The notes beneath the pieces are model-generated. The model did not search any database. It was not told the DNA's origin and saw only the letters and a program-made list of their open reading frames with translations. Both the position numbers and the translations under genes were made by a program. From assembly GCA_964016885.1 (NCBI GenBank), contig OZ024744.1:114080001-114144000 (forward strand): a DNA stretch of 64,000 bases, written 5' to 3'. Of the stretch, positions 52,995 to 64,000 are shown piece by piece. Positions within the stretch are counted from its first letter, which is position 1, and every line of letters begins with the position of its first letter. This stretch comes from Eledone cirrhosa. Lineage: Eukaryota.

Positions 52995-54654
52995 GTGAAA
53001 GACTGAAGAATAACATGGGGTCGACTGTACAACAAGGGGCTTTATTTCAAGTATTAACAATTGTTTCATTGATCAGGTGAGTCTAAAGGCCGCTAATCAC
53101 TCGAAGTTGCATCACTCGACCTCAAATACAGTGTTTACTTCTGATCAAATCCTCAGAATACTAGAGAACTCACATATGGCATTGGTATATATAGAGATAC
53201 AGCGTAGAATCAAAACAATAACATCAATAATAAAATATAATGATAAATAGGTAAAGACGTTACAGATGTAAAAAGTAAAAAAAAATATAAAGAAATAAAA
53301 AATAAGTAAAAGTATGTAAGTACAGAATACATAGTTGATAATGGTGGTGGTGGTGAGTAAGTGTATGTATAAGGATGCTGGGATGAAAAGCAATATTAGA
53401 TACATAGATACGTGTAAAGAATAAGAGGTTGTAACAAATGACAGTTAAAAAAAACAATAATTTAAAAATTAAGTGAGAGATACTAGTATGAGACCCAAGG
53501 GTGAAGGATGGATGGTGAGGGGGCTTTTGATATGTGTGTGTGGTAAATATTTAGCCTGCTGATTGTATTGTATTAATGGGGCTGATGTGGTTTTAGGGAG
53601 AGAGAGTGAAAGAAAGGTTAGGAGATTTATGATCTAGTGACCAGTCAGGCAGTTGACAGCTAATAACAGTGGGGTGGTGTGTATTCTGTACATTAAAATC
53701 CGGGTGCTTCAGTTCGAATTTTGGGATTGCTGGGTTGAATCATGCTGGTTTGAAATTTGTGAACTTGGTAGCTGCTTTGTGCCTACAGAAAACTGATCTT
53801 TCTATTTTGCTGTTAAGCAGCATCTTATCGTACTTTAAAATATGGAATAGTCGATATTGCAAAGTCTGCAGTGGGACATTCCATTGTTGTAGGCCCTTGC
53901 TCCCGATAATTTCGACCAGCTAATCCTATATTCCTGGTTTGTGTTCTTAGGCTGCCATATTTTATTGGCCAGCGTTGTAGAGTTCTCTTGTCTACGGTTC
54001 TTCATGGAGTGTCTGTGAACATACAATCTTTTTTGAACTCCCCAGCCGTGGACCCTATGTAGTGCCATGTTAAGTTGCCTGAATTTATAGTACACAGGTA
54101 CACCATACTTGAACCCAGGCATCTATTTTGTAGTGGGCACTTATCCGGAAGGTGGCAGTTACAGTTGGAGGCCTTCCTGTGTGCAGGTTCTCCGTTGCGG
54201 TTTTGCATGTTGTTGTGGGTGGGTTGAGATTTAGGCCTATTAATGTTTTATTGTGATGCACCCTGATGTGTGTGTGGTTGTGATGTTATGTGTTTACGTT
54301 TTGTATTTGGTGCTATGGTGTATGTTGGTAGGTTATTTTCTTTAGAGATTCTTTTGTAGTTGATTTTATATATGTGTGATTCTATGTTGGTTGCAGTAGA
54401 GTAAGATAGTTTGATAGTTTTTCTGTTAAAGATTCTATGGTATTTGTATAGTTTAGGGACGTGTTTGTCAATTAGCTTAAATAATGTAGAAGGTAGTTTG
54501 GTTTTTATAGAGGAGTTGAATATTGGATTGAACCATAAGTATTTCCTATCTCTGGATTTTCTATAGTTCCTAGGGGTCCCTATATTAGTATTCGGTTCAG
54601 TTATTTCTGGTTCTCGTTGTCTAATTCTATGTTTAGTCCTATGTTTGTTATTTC
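52990..54654 (-). mobile_element. Decayed Penelope-like element 3' portion (RT thumb, Cys linker, GIY-YIG endonuclease, 3' hammerhead)
   Basis: RKYLWFNPIF...YHRIFNRKTIKLSYS; CNCHLPDKCPLQNRCL..MVYLCTI...YIGST; YNNGMSHCRLC. Frameshifted, with (TA)n on both sides. Confidence 0.9.
53050..53162 (-). ncRNA. Type I hammerhead ribozyme with extended stem II, in the Penelope-like 3' end
   Basis: Minus strand: AGTATT-CTGAGGA-T-TTGATCAG [~64 nt] CTGATCAA-T-GAAA-CAATTG-TT-AATACT, then AATAAA. Confidence 0.85.
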
Positions 54655-54889
54655 TATATATATATATATAAATACACATATCAGAGTTTTGTAGCTTGTT
54701 TGAAGCATTGTTTAATAGTAAACACAAATTTAAATTTTGAAGACCAACACAATGCATATGAAGAATGTTAAATTGCAAGAAAACAAAAGAATCTCACCTT
54801 AGCAAATTTAACAATCCCAAATATTTTCGGGTTTAAAAACCCATAATCAAAGGACTGACCCTATGAGAGACTTAAAAATGGATCGGATG

Positions 54890-54892
54890 TAT

Positions 54893-54971
<79 letters not shown>

Positions 54972-55004
54972 TAAATACATATATATATACATATATATAT
55001 ATAC

Positions 55005-55057
<53 letters not shown>

Positions 55058-55080
55058 TATATACATATATATATACATAC
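54890..55080. repeat. (CA)n/(TA)n/(TACA)n microsatellite
   Basis: Read directly. Confidence 0.97.
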
Positions 55081-55340
55081 AAAAGTGACACAGAGAAGAC
55101 TGAGGTTGGCTGGACATGCTCACCGACATCCAGAGTTGACATTGCACTCAGTGCTCCTTTGGGAGCCCCTACATGGACACACTAGAAGAGGAAGACCAAG
55201 GTTAACATATGTTGATGCCCTAAGGACAGACACTGGTCTGTTGGAGATGCAGGATATGGCAGCGATAATGAGGGACAGAGACCGCTGGAGAGAACTCGTC
55301 CATGGATCTCGGGAATTTTACCCGCCTTAGATAGATAGAT
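55081..55340 (+). mobile_element. RTE-like LINE 3' end with (TAGA)n tail
   Basis: [13 protein letters not shown]...LLWEP...[11 protein letters not shown]...DRDRWR motif. Confidence 0.85.
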
Positions 55341-55366
55341 ATACATACATACCTATATATATATAT

Positions 55367-55650
55367 CATCATCATCACTGTCACTGTTTTATGTCCATTC
55401 TTTCACGCTAGATTGGGTTAGATGGGTTGTCCTGTTGTGGGCAGTGTCTGGTCAGCTGACCTTGTCTTGCTCATACAAGAACTGATTTTGGCCTGATTTC
55501 TACAGATGGATGCCCTTCCTAACACCAACCTCATTTACAGTGAGTGCTGGGTGCTTTCTTCCATGGCGCCTACACGTCCACTTTACAGTGTGGGCTGCGT
55601 GCTTTTTTGCCGTGGCACCTCCATGACGACTTTGCAGTGGGAGGGTGTGG
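55367..55650 (-). mobile_element. SINE family A body and 3' part (two internal ~48-bp units)
   Basis: Homologous to 59026-59300. Confidence 0.85.
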
Positions 55651-55669
55651 CGCATATTATCAATTTGCT

Positions 55670-56506
55670 TCAGCTTCGGCTTGTATCCGTGGGAAGTCGG
55701 GTTTTCTGTATTACTGCGTAACGCCAGAGATCACGGTTGTGTGTCATCGCCTTTGAGAGGTGTAATTGGGTAAGGTCGGCTTTTGTCACCTCATCCCAGG
55801 TTTTCATAGGTCCCCCCACTCCACGGCTTCCATTGACTTCTAGTGCTCTGTACCTTTTTATGCAGTTGTCATCCTTCATACGCATCACATGTCCATACCA
55901 ATACAACCTCTTCTCCTGCACACATTTAATTCCTCTTATGCTCAGTCTCTCTCTCAATTCGTTTATGCTTTGCCGTTCGAGCACATTACTATTACACATC
56001 CATCAGAGCATGCAAGCTTCATTTCTTTCTAATCTACGCAAATCTTCTACACACAGTGCCCAAGCCTCACTACCATGTAACATTGCTGTTCGTATACACA
56101 CATCATACAGTCTGCCTTACATTTTGAGGGAAAAGCCCTTTGTAGCTAGCAGTGGCAGTAGCTCCTTGAACTTCTTCCAACCCGTTCTTACCCTAGTTAT
56201 TGTACTTTCAGAACACTCACTTCTGCTGTTAATTCGGTCACCTAGGTAGCAAAAGCTGTCTACTATTTCTACAGAGCCCTCCCAGAGTTTGATGGTGCTT
56301 GTTTCCTGTGGCTGTTTGCTGCTTGCTGTCCCAGCGCAACTGCTACATGTGCAGCCTACGTTCTTAGTTAAGGTTCCTGAGATCCCACTACATCTCTTGT
56401 GTACCCATTGTTTGCATTTGGGGCAGAGAATGGAGTTCCTACCTACACCTTTCCTACATACTGAGCAAGGCAATTTCCCTGAGGGGATCTGGGTTCTGTT
56501 TTTCAT
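55670..56506 (-). mobile_element. RTE-type LINE 3' fragment with a PHD-like Cys motif
   Basis: PCSVCRKGVGRNSILCPKCKQWVHKRCSG, VDSFCYLGD and KRLYWYGHVMRM. Confidence 0.88.
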
Positions 56507-56509
56507 CTA

Positions 56510-57083
56510 CTTACGAGGAGCAATGTTACATGGTAGTGAACAGCAATGTTACATGGTAGTGAAACCTGGGCGTTGTGTGCTGAAAACTTGTGTAGATTGG
56601 AAAGGAATGAAGCTTGCATGCTCCGATGAATATGTAATAGTAATGTATGCAAACGGCAAAGCATAAACGAATAAAGAATGAGACTAAGCATAAGAGGTAT
56701 CAAATGTTGTTTTCTGGAGAGGAGATTACATTGGTATGGACATGTGATACATATGAAGGACAACAGCTGTTTAAAAAAGTGCAGGGCAATGAAAATTGAT
56801 GGAAGCTAGGGAGTAGGTAGACCAAGAAAAACCTGGGATGAGGTGATAAAAACTGACCTTGCTCACTTACACCTCTCTAAGACAATGACACTGGATCGAG
56901 ACCTTTGGTGCCATGCAGTTGTACAGAAGACCCGACTGCCATTGCATACAATCCTATAGTCAGTAGGCACCTCTTAACCCAATGTACATCCCATCCCACA
57001 CACCCTACCCCATCCTCTCTTTCCCATTCCATCCACTGTGTCGATGTCACAACAGTCCACACTGTAAATGTGGTTGATGTTAG
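56510..57083 (+). mobile_element. RTE-type LINE 3' fragment, inverted relative to 55670-56506, running into SINE-like sequence
   Basis: AMLHGSE..., RLHWYGHV and GRPRKTWDEV motifs. Continues in parallel with 61150-61490. Confidence 0.85.
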
Positions 57084-57163
57084 GTTGACAAAAGATGACA
57101 AGCCCCCACCTGACACACCTGAGTGTGGATTTGATGGTGATCTCTGTATCTATGACAACTCAA
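57084..57163 (+). CDS. Single exon of a receptor (membrane) guanylyl cyclase / natriuretic-peptide-receptor-like gene, extracellular juxtamembrane segment
   Basis: ag|G-TTG...TCA-A|gtgagt encodes LTKDDKPPPDTPECGFDGDLCIYDNS, which matches the PP.D.P.CGF.G..C motif. Strong donor; a phase-2 acceptor could complete the conserved Trp codon. Confidence 0.75.
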
Positions 57164-57224
57164 GTGAGTAACAAGCTACATTCCATATCTTCTCTTATTT
57201 TATAATGTATATGAATGTACATAG

Positions 57225-57292
<68 letters not shown>

Positions 57293-57356
57293 ATGTGTGT
57301 ATGTAGGTATGTGTTCTTTCTATTACCAACTACTTTATAGTGTAGATTGGATGTAT

Positions 57357-58055
57357 TTTATAATGCCACCAGCACTAGAGAGGTTGTTTGGCAGGAGTTA
57401 AGTGTCCTCTTTACCCTGTGTCTGAGTTTATTCCGGGATAAGAATATAACATACATAGATGAAACAACCCGTAGAAAGGATAAGTGAACACTGGTGAGAA
57501 CTCCAGGATGGGAAAAACTCATCAGTACCCCACCAACATGCCAAAATAGAACATAGGTGCACATTAGAGAACATAGAGATAAAGATTATATCCACACACA
57601 GAAAAGATGCAATATTCAGACAAATCACAGAGGCAACAAACATAAACAAACTCCAACCAAAATGAAACAGAAACCATGAGTGGAGGACAAAATGAAGACA
57701 TACAGACACACACAAAAACCAAACTAACAAAACAAATCAGACACAGATAGAACAAACAACCAACTAGTGACATAAATCAACAAATAAATAAATAAAAACA
57801 CACACACACACCCAGATGTAACGCATGTGCAAATTAAGCACACAACACACAACAACAAGATGGTGTAGGACAGAACAAAGGAGAGACACACAAAATAAAC
57901 CCAGTCACTGAGGAGGTCACAGAATGTGTGACGAAAGAGCTTTGACAATATATAAACAACTTTCTGGTTATCGAACCAACCAACCGGAATTTATAATAAA
58001 TTGAAGTGAAAACCAACAGATGCATGTGTTTTTATTGGCAACATGACCAAAGTAT

Positions 58056-58060
<5 letters not shown>
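57357..58060 (+). mobile_element. Decayed Penelope-like 3' end
   Basis: Possible YIGET relic (ITYIDETTR, ~57445-57475), CA-rich UTR, hammerhead at 57904, AATAAA and (TA)n. Confidence 0.6.
57904..57946 (+). ncRNA. Type I hammerhead ribozyme
   Basis: GTCA-CTGAGGA-G-GTCACA gaatg TGTGAC-GAAA-GAGC-TT-TGAC. Confidence 0.82.
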
Positions 58061-58146
<86 letters not shown>

Positions 58147-58234
58147 GGAGGTGAGTTTTATTGTAGTACAATAAAGCAATGCAGATATCGGATAAGAAGC
58201 ACTCTACAGTTTGTAGGACTGGAGTATACATAAG

Positions 58235-58407
58235 ATATAAGATCAAAAGATGGTTAAAAGAGTTCCATGTATTTTATTATGCGCATTTCAAAAACAAATA
58301 TCATCATGCAATAACATTTGTGTTTTCATAAATGTTATTGCATGATGATATTTGTTTTTGAAATGCGCATAATAAAATACATGGAACTCTTTTAACCATC
58401 TTTTGAT

Positions 58408-58415
<8 letters not shown>
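58235..58415. repeat. ~180-bp palindrome with a degenerate hammerhead in each arm
   Basis: Arms ATATAAGATCAAAAGATGG... / ...CCATCTTTTGATCTTATAT. The plus arm has ATGATGA...GAAA-TGCGCA-TA-ATAA. Confidence 0.85.
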
Positions 58416-58464
<49 letters not shown>

Positions 58465-58547
58465 TTAAAATGTTCTCACAACAAGAAATATGAACAGACT
58501 CTCTTCAACCCTTAATCCTTGATTTTAAAATTCTAATTGTAATATTT

Positions 58548-58587
58548 AATATTTGATAAGATGGATTACATCGAAACATGTTATATT
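58548..58587 (+). ncRNA. Degenerate minimal hammerhead
   Basis: AATAT-TTGATAA-GATG gatta CATC-GAAA-CATG-TT-ATATT. All stems are intact and the core has two substitutions. Confidence 0.6.
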
Positions 58588-58795
58588 TTATATAGTTTAT
58601 AAAACTCTTTTTGTAAAATTGTTTTTCTCCTTTTTTAATAATAACACTTTGTCAGATTAAAGAAAAAAAAAAGATTCTTTAAATATATTTCTGAGCTGTT
58701 TCTATTCTTACTTTTTTCTATAACCTTTGATTTGTATAGAAATTTATCCCCTCCTCAACTATATATATATATATATATATATCAATAATATTAAT

Positions 58796-59025
58796 AAATG
58801 GAAACTATCTTTATAAAACCATATTTATTCTATTATATATATTTCAAGGGGTACCAAAAGTTTGGTACGCTCTCATCAGATAAAATACAAAAGTTGTTTT
58901 ATAAATAGTGACATATCCAAAAAACAAGAACTTATCGTCTTAAGTTCTGTTTGACTATTCAAACAGAACTTAAAACGATAAGTTCTAATAGAATAAATAT
59001 GGTTTTATAAAGATAGTTTCCATTT
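58796..59025. mobile_element. Short element with 40-bp terminal inverted repeats, same family as 63300-63663
   Basis: AAATGGAAACTATCTTTATAAAACCATATTTATTCTATTA and its reverse complement at about 58986-59025, plus an internal hairpin at 58928-58986. Confidence 0.8.
58829..58884 (-). ncRNA. Type I hammerhead ribozyme
   Basis: Minus strand: TTTAT-CTGATGA-GAGCGTACCAAA ct TTTGGTACCCCTT-GAAA-TATATA-TA-ATAGA. Confidence 0.82.
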
Positions 59026-59300
59026 CATCATCATCATCATCACCGTTTTACGTCCGTTCTTCCACGCTAGCATGGGTTAGACGGGTTGTCCTGTTGTGGG
59101 CAGTGTCTGGTCGGCTGACCATGCCTTGCTCATACAGGAACTGATTCTGGCTTGATTTCTACAGCTGGATGCCCTTCCTAACACCAACCTCATTTACAGT
59201 GAGTGCTGGGTGCTTTTTTTCCGTGGCGCCTTCATGTCCACTTTACAGTGTGGGCTGGGTGCTTTTTTTGCCGTGGCACCTCCACGACCACCTTGCGGTG
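59026..59300 (-). mobile_element. SINE family A body and 3' part
   Basis: (CAT)n tail on the plus strand, then CGTCCGTTCTTCCACGCTAGCATGGG and two ~48-bp units. Confidence 0.85.
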
Positions 59301-59473
59301 GGGGGAGTGGGGGTATATTGTTTATATGCTTCAGCATGTACCCATGGGAGGTCGGGTACCCTGTATTACTGCATTTATTAATATTATTTATATAATACCC
59401 CAAGTGCTTCGAATCTGTTATAAATAAATTTGTTGAATAACCAACAAATTAAATAATTCTTTGCTTATATATA

Positions 59474-59814
59474 TCATCATCATTTTACGTCCACTTTTCC
59501 CTGCTTTCAAGGGTGGGACAGGAATTGATTCTGGCTTGATTTCTACAGCTAGATGCCTTTCCTAACACCAGCCTCATTTACAGTGAGTGGTGGGTGCTTT
59601 TTTTCCGTGGCGCCTACACGACCACTTTACAGTGTAGGCTGGGTGCTTTTTTGCTGTGACACCTCCATGACCACTTTGCAGTGGAATGATAGGGAACACA
59701 GTCCTATCATCTCATTTCTACAGCTGAGTAAACAGGAGCAATGTGAAATAAAGTGTCTTGTTCAAGGAAACAACACATCACATCTGAGAATTGAACTCAA
59801 AACCTTTTGATTGC

Positions 59815-59818
<4 letters not shown>
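59474..59818 (-). mobile_element. SINE family A carrying two tandem ~48-bp units homologous to the satellite
   Basis: 59641-59683 GGGTGCTTTTTTGCTGTGACACCTCCATGACCACTTTGCAGTG versus the satellite reverse complement GGGTACTTTTTGTTGTGACACCTACATGACCACTTTACAGTG. Confidence 0.9.
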
Positions 59819-59851
<33 letters not shown>

Positions 59852-60211
59852 TATCTGAAAAAAGGTTTGTATCTTTTATATATATATATATATATATTTA
59901 TATATGTATAACATAACGAAGGAAATGTGGTAAGGAACCAGGTGGACCATAACGCACCAAAGTACTCAATACTTAGGGTAGTAGAGTGGGTAATAGGAAC
60001 GAGTAGGACCCCGACAATTTATATAATATTGTTTACCGATGGGTAGAACTAGTTATTAAATATGATGCAATAAATTAAAGTACTCAATATTATGCAAACC
60101 ATCTATTGTAAATGTGGTATCCAGTGGTCAATGCAGGAATGGAGTGAAATATTCAGTAAAAGCAACAGAAGGCCAGACTGGAAACTTTCTTTAGAATTTT
60201 AATTCCATGAA

Positions 60212-60286
60212 AACACTATACATATTTCAATGGCCCAGCCTCAACATCCAAATAGGATCAAGACTTAGCTGATTTCATCAGGTGTT
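60212..60286 (-). ncRNA. Type I hammerhead ribozyme
   Basis: Minus strand: AACAC-CTGATGA-AATCAGC...GCTGGGCCATT-GAAA-TATGTA-TA-GTGTT. Confidence 0.75.
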
Positions 60287-60401
60287 AATTTTTAATTGGA
60301 GATGGCTCGCCAATTCCATGTTATACTACAAATGAATATATATATATGTATATATATAAATATGGATCGAGAGGAATGAGGCTGCCTAGTTACTGATAAC
60401 G

Positions 60402-60765
<364 letters not shown>

Positions 60766-60880
60766 AAAATTAAGATAAATTAAATGAATTTAATCTAAAT
60801 CGAAATTGTGGGTGTCATGCCATAACGGCGTGCGCCATATCGCCTGGAAATAAGCTCAAAGATATGTCCGAGCATTTTAT

Positions 60881-61124
60881 AATAACTACAAATTGATTAA
60901 CATATATATATACATGAATAATCACAGGAGATAATTTTTACATGCCTGTAACCACGCATGGCTAGTTGGGTAACAAATAAATATATACCTTTAAGTATGA
61001 TTAATCATACTTAAAGGTATATATTTATTTGTTACCCAACTAGGCATGCGTGGTTACACGCTTGTAAAAATTATCTCCTGTGATTATTCATGTATATATA
61101 TATGTTAATCAATTTCTAGTTATT
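60881..61124. repeat. ~245-bp spacerless palindrome
   Basis: Centre GTATGATT|AATCATAC at 61002/61003; the arms differ at only a few positions. Confidence 0.92.
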
Positions 61125-61149
61125 AAAACGACGAGCTGATAAATTCCGA

Positions 61150-61850
61150 CCTCACACACTTACACCTCTCCAAGACAATGTCACTGGACTGAGACCTTTG
61201 GCGGTACTCAGTAATAGAGAAGACCCGCCTCACCTAAATACAAAGTAAAACCTACTACAGTCAGTAGGCATCTCTAACAAAATACACCCCCGTCCCACCA
61301 CCCCCACCCCATCCACACCGCCCCTTTCAATGTAAAGTTATGTTGGTGCCACAACATCCAGGCCGAAACAAATGAGATCGTGTAGGTGTCACGTAAAAAA
61401 AACACACAGTTCACGCTGTAATGTGGCCGTGTAGGCAACACGGTAAAAACCTCCCAGTCCACACTGTAAATGTGGTTGGTGTTAGGAAGGGCATCCAGCT
61501 GTAGAAAACCCGCCAGACAGTCCACGCTGTAATGTGGCCGTGTAAGCAACACGGTAAAAACCTCCCAGCCCCACACTGTAAATGTGGTTGGTGTTAGGAA
61601 GGGCATCCAGCTGTAGAAAACCCGCCAGACAGTCCACGCTGTAATGTGGCCGTGTAAGCAACACGGTAAAAACCTCCCAGCCCCACACTGTAAATGTGGT
61701 TGGTGTTAGGAAGGGCATCCAGCTGTAGAAAACCCGCCAGATAGTCCTATGCGAGCAAGATAATCACTCTTGCCTCAAGTGGGAAAACCTCCGTCCAAAC
61801 CCATGCAAGCATGGAACACGGACGCTAAACCTGATGATGATGATGATGAT
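61150..61850 (+). mobile_element. RTE 3' end joined to a SINE-A-like body, with an internal 111-112-bp unit in three copies (61407-61745) and a (GAT)n tail
   Basis: Units start at 61407, 61518 and 61630. Ends with CCATGCAAGCATGGAACACGGACGCTAAACCTGATGATGAT. Confidence 0.85.
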
Positions 61851-62122
61851 ATATATATATATTTAGAAGTGATTGTTTTGGTAAAAAACAGGAGTAAGCA
61901 GGAGAAAGCTCTCAACAATCATAGTTTTTAGTTACAATGGAGAATTCTGACAACAACAACAACAACGAAAGCAACAACAACAACAACAACAGCAACAGCA
62001 ACACCGACAACAACAACAGCAAAAACACAGACCAGCGTCGTGTACACAGGCCGTAGAAGTTGTAGTGACGGTATCACCCTACCGACAATAATAACGATAA
62101 CACCACAGCAATGAAAGGAGTT

Positions 62123-62887
62123 CTGAGGTAGGTGGATACACAGAATTGGTGGCGTCTGTCCCCATGACTAAATATTACAATAGAAACTGAGGTAGGTGGA
62201 TATACAGAATTGGTGGCGTCTGTCCCCATGACTAAATATTACAATAGAAACTGAGGTAGGTGGATATACAGAATTGGTGGCGTCTGTCCCCATGACTAAA
62301 TATTACAATAGAAACTGAGGTAGGTGGATACACAGAATTGGTGGCGTCTGTCCCCATGACTAAATATTACAATAGAAACTGAGGTAGGTGGATACACAGA
62401 ATTGGTGGCGTCTGTCCCCATGACTAAATATTACAATAGAAACTGAGGTAGGTGGATACACAGAATTGGTGGCGTCAGTCCCCATGACTAAATATTACAA
62501 TAGAAACTGAGGTAGGTGGATATACAGAATTGGTGGCGTCTGTCCCCATGACTAAATATTACAATAGAAACTGAGGTAGGTGGATATACAGAATTGGTGG
62601 CGTCTGTCCCCATGACTAAATATTACAATAGAAACTGAGGTAGGTGGATACACAGAATTGGTGGCGTCTGTCCCCATGACTAAATATTACAATAGAAACT
62701 GAGGTAGGTGGATACACAGAATTGGTGGCATCTGTCCCCATGACTAAATATTACAATAGAAACTGAGGTAGGTGGATACACAGAATTGGTGGCGTCTGTC
62801 CCCATGACTAAATATTACAATAGAAACTGAGGTAGGTGGATATACAGAATTGGTGGCGTCTGTCCCCATGACTAAATATTACAATAG
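62123..62887. repeat. 64-bp minisatellite, 12 copies
   Basis: CTGAGGTAGGTGGATA[C/T]ACAGAATTGGTGGCGTCTGTCCCCATGACTAAATATTACAATAGAAA at 62123, 62187, 62251 and so on. Confidence 0.98.
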
Positions 62888-63343
62888 TAACGGCAACAAA
62901 CATTAACACCATCCATCACCTACCTCCGGTCGTTGTAGTAGTGGTGGTATCATTGATATTAGTATCAAGTCAATGGCAGTGAGCACCCATTACCCGGGAG
63001 CTAGACAGTGGTAACACCACAACAATAACAACAACAACACCAGTGATGAGCCTACCACGGTGACGGCAGCAACAAGAAAAGACCGCGCTTCTATCCAAAA
63101 GCACAAGGCCAGCAGTAAATACATTGCAAAAAAAAAAAAAAACTATCCACATTAGTAGTCCGTTGATACAAGGAAGCGAAAAATAGGACAGAAATATAGA
63201 TGGATATTTATGCAAAGTTTTATTTAAATTGTTGGGTTACAACGAGTAAATATTTATAACTGATATAAAAGCACTCAACAAGTATTTGGAGTATATTTAC
63301 GATATTAAATAAATGGAAACTATATTTATAAAACCATATTTAT

Positions 63344-63403
63344 TTCATTATATATATTTCAGGGATATCATATTAAAAATATGGTATGCCTTCATCAGAC
63401 AAA
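63344..63403 (-). ncRNA. Type I hammerhead ribozyme
   Basis: Mirror image of 63560-63619. Confidence 0.8.
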
Positions 63404-63559
63404 ATACAATATAAACAGTCTTATAAATAGATAGATTTGACATACCTTACAACTTCAACTTCCATTTAAAAAGTTGATTATCAAATCAACTTTTTAAATG
63501 GAAGTTGAAGTTGTAAGGTATGTCAAATCTATCTATTTATAAGACTGTTTATATTGTAT

Positions 63560-63619
63560 TTTGTCTGATGAAGGCATACCATATTTTTAATATGATATCC
63601 CTGAAATATATATAATGAA
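63560..63619 (+). ncRNA. Type I hammerhead ribozyme
   Basis: TTTGT-CTGATGA-AGGCATACCATATT ttt AATATGATATCCCT-GAAA-TATATA-TA-ATGAA, then AATAAA. Confidence 0.8.
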
Positions 63620-63852
63620 ATAAATATGGTTTTATAAATATAGTTTCCATTTATTTAATATCGATGGATATTATTATATATAAATAAATACATGCACAGT
63701 TAATACGATCCTCTCTATCACTCTAAGCAATGATTACAGTGCAGAAAATCAACTAACCACAATAGCATTCAGTTGTAACTACAGTGGCTACTATTAAAAG
63801 GGCTGTTAGACTATGGAAGAGAGTTACGGGAAGCGAAAGTAGGGACAGAAAC

Positions 63853-64000
63853 ATCATCATCATCATCATCATCATTTTACGTCCGCTTTTTCCCTGCTTG
63901 CAAGGGTGGGACGGGAACTGATTCTGGCTTGATTTCTACAGCTGGATGCCCTTCCTAACACCAACCTCATTTACAGTGAGTGCTGGGTGCTTTTTTTTTT
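63853..64000 (-). mobile_element. SINE family A 3' part, cut by the window edge
   Basis: (CAT)n followed by TTTTACGTCCGCTTTTTCCCTGCTTGCAAGGG, as at 38290. Confidence 0.88.

Larger units (their letters stand above)
63300..63663. mobile_element. 364-bp near-perfect palindromic element with a hammerhead in each arm
   Basis: CGATATTAAATAAATGGAAAC... / ...GTTTCCATTTATTTAATATCG, centre at about 63481. Confidence 0.92.

Noticed and set aside
62123-62887. CRISPR array or tandem hammerhead repeat (CTGAGGTA...GAAA)
   Set aside because: No spacers; the core is not CUGANGA and no stems support it.

Overview
Repeat-saturated eukaryotic DNA, probably cephalopod (octopus-like), inferred from the SINE/RTE tails and (TA)n density. 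Bases 1-29037 are a 48-bp satellite with kb-scale higher-order duplications. Its monomer matches an internal unit of a tRNA-headed SINE found elsewhere in the window, and the array runs directly into the rest of that SINE. The remainder holds a tail-to-tail pair of Tx1/L1-like LINE copies, RTE fragments, two SINE families, several minisatellites, a decayed Penelope-like element (GIY-YIG), and one 80-bp exon resembling a receptor guanylyl cyclase. The main discovery is a dense set of type I hammerhead-ribozyme motifs between 38 and 64 kb, about 11 with intact cores plus several degenerate ones. Their pattern is stem I-CUGANGA-stem II-GAAA-palindromic stem III-UH-stem I. Several sit as mirror pairs in near-perfect 360-410-bp palindromes, mostly next to (TA)n tracts, so each strand carries one ribozyme. 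All calls were made by eye; no search or folding program was run.
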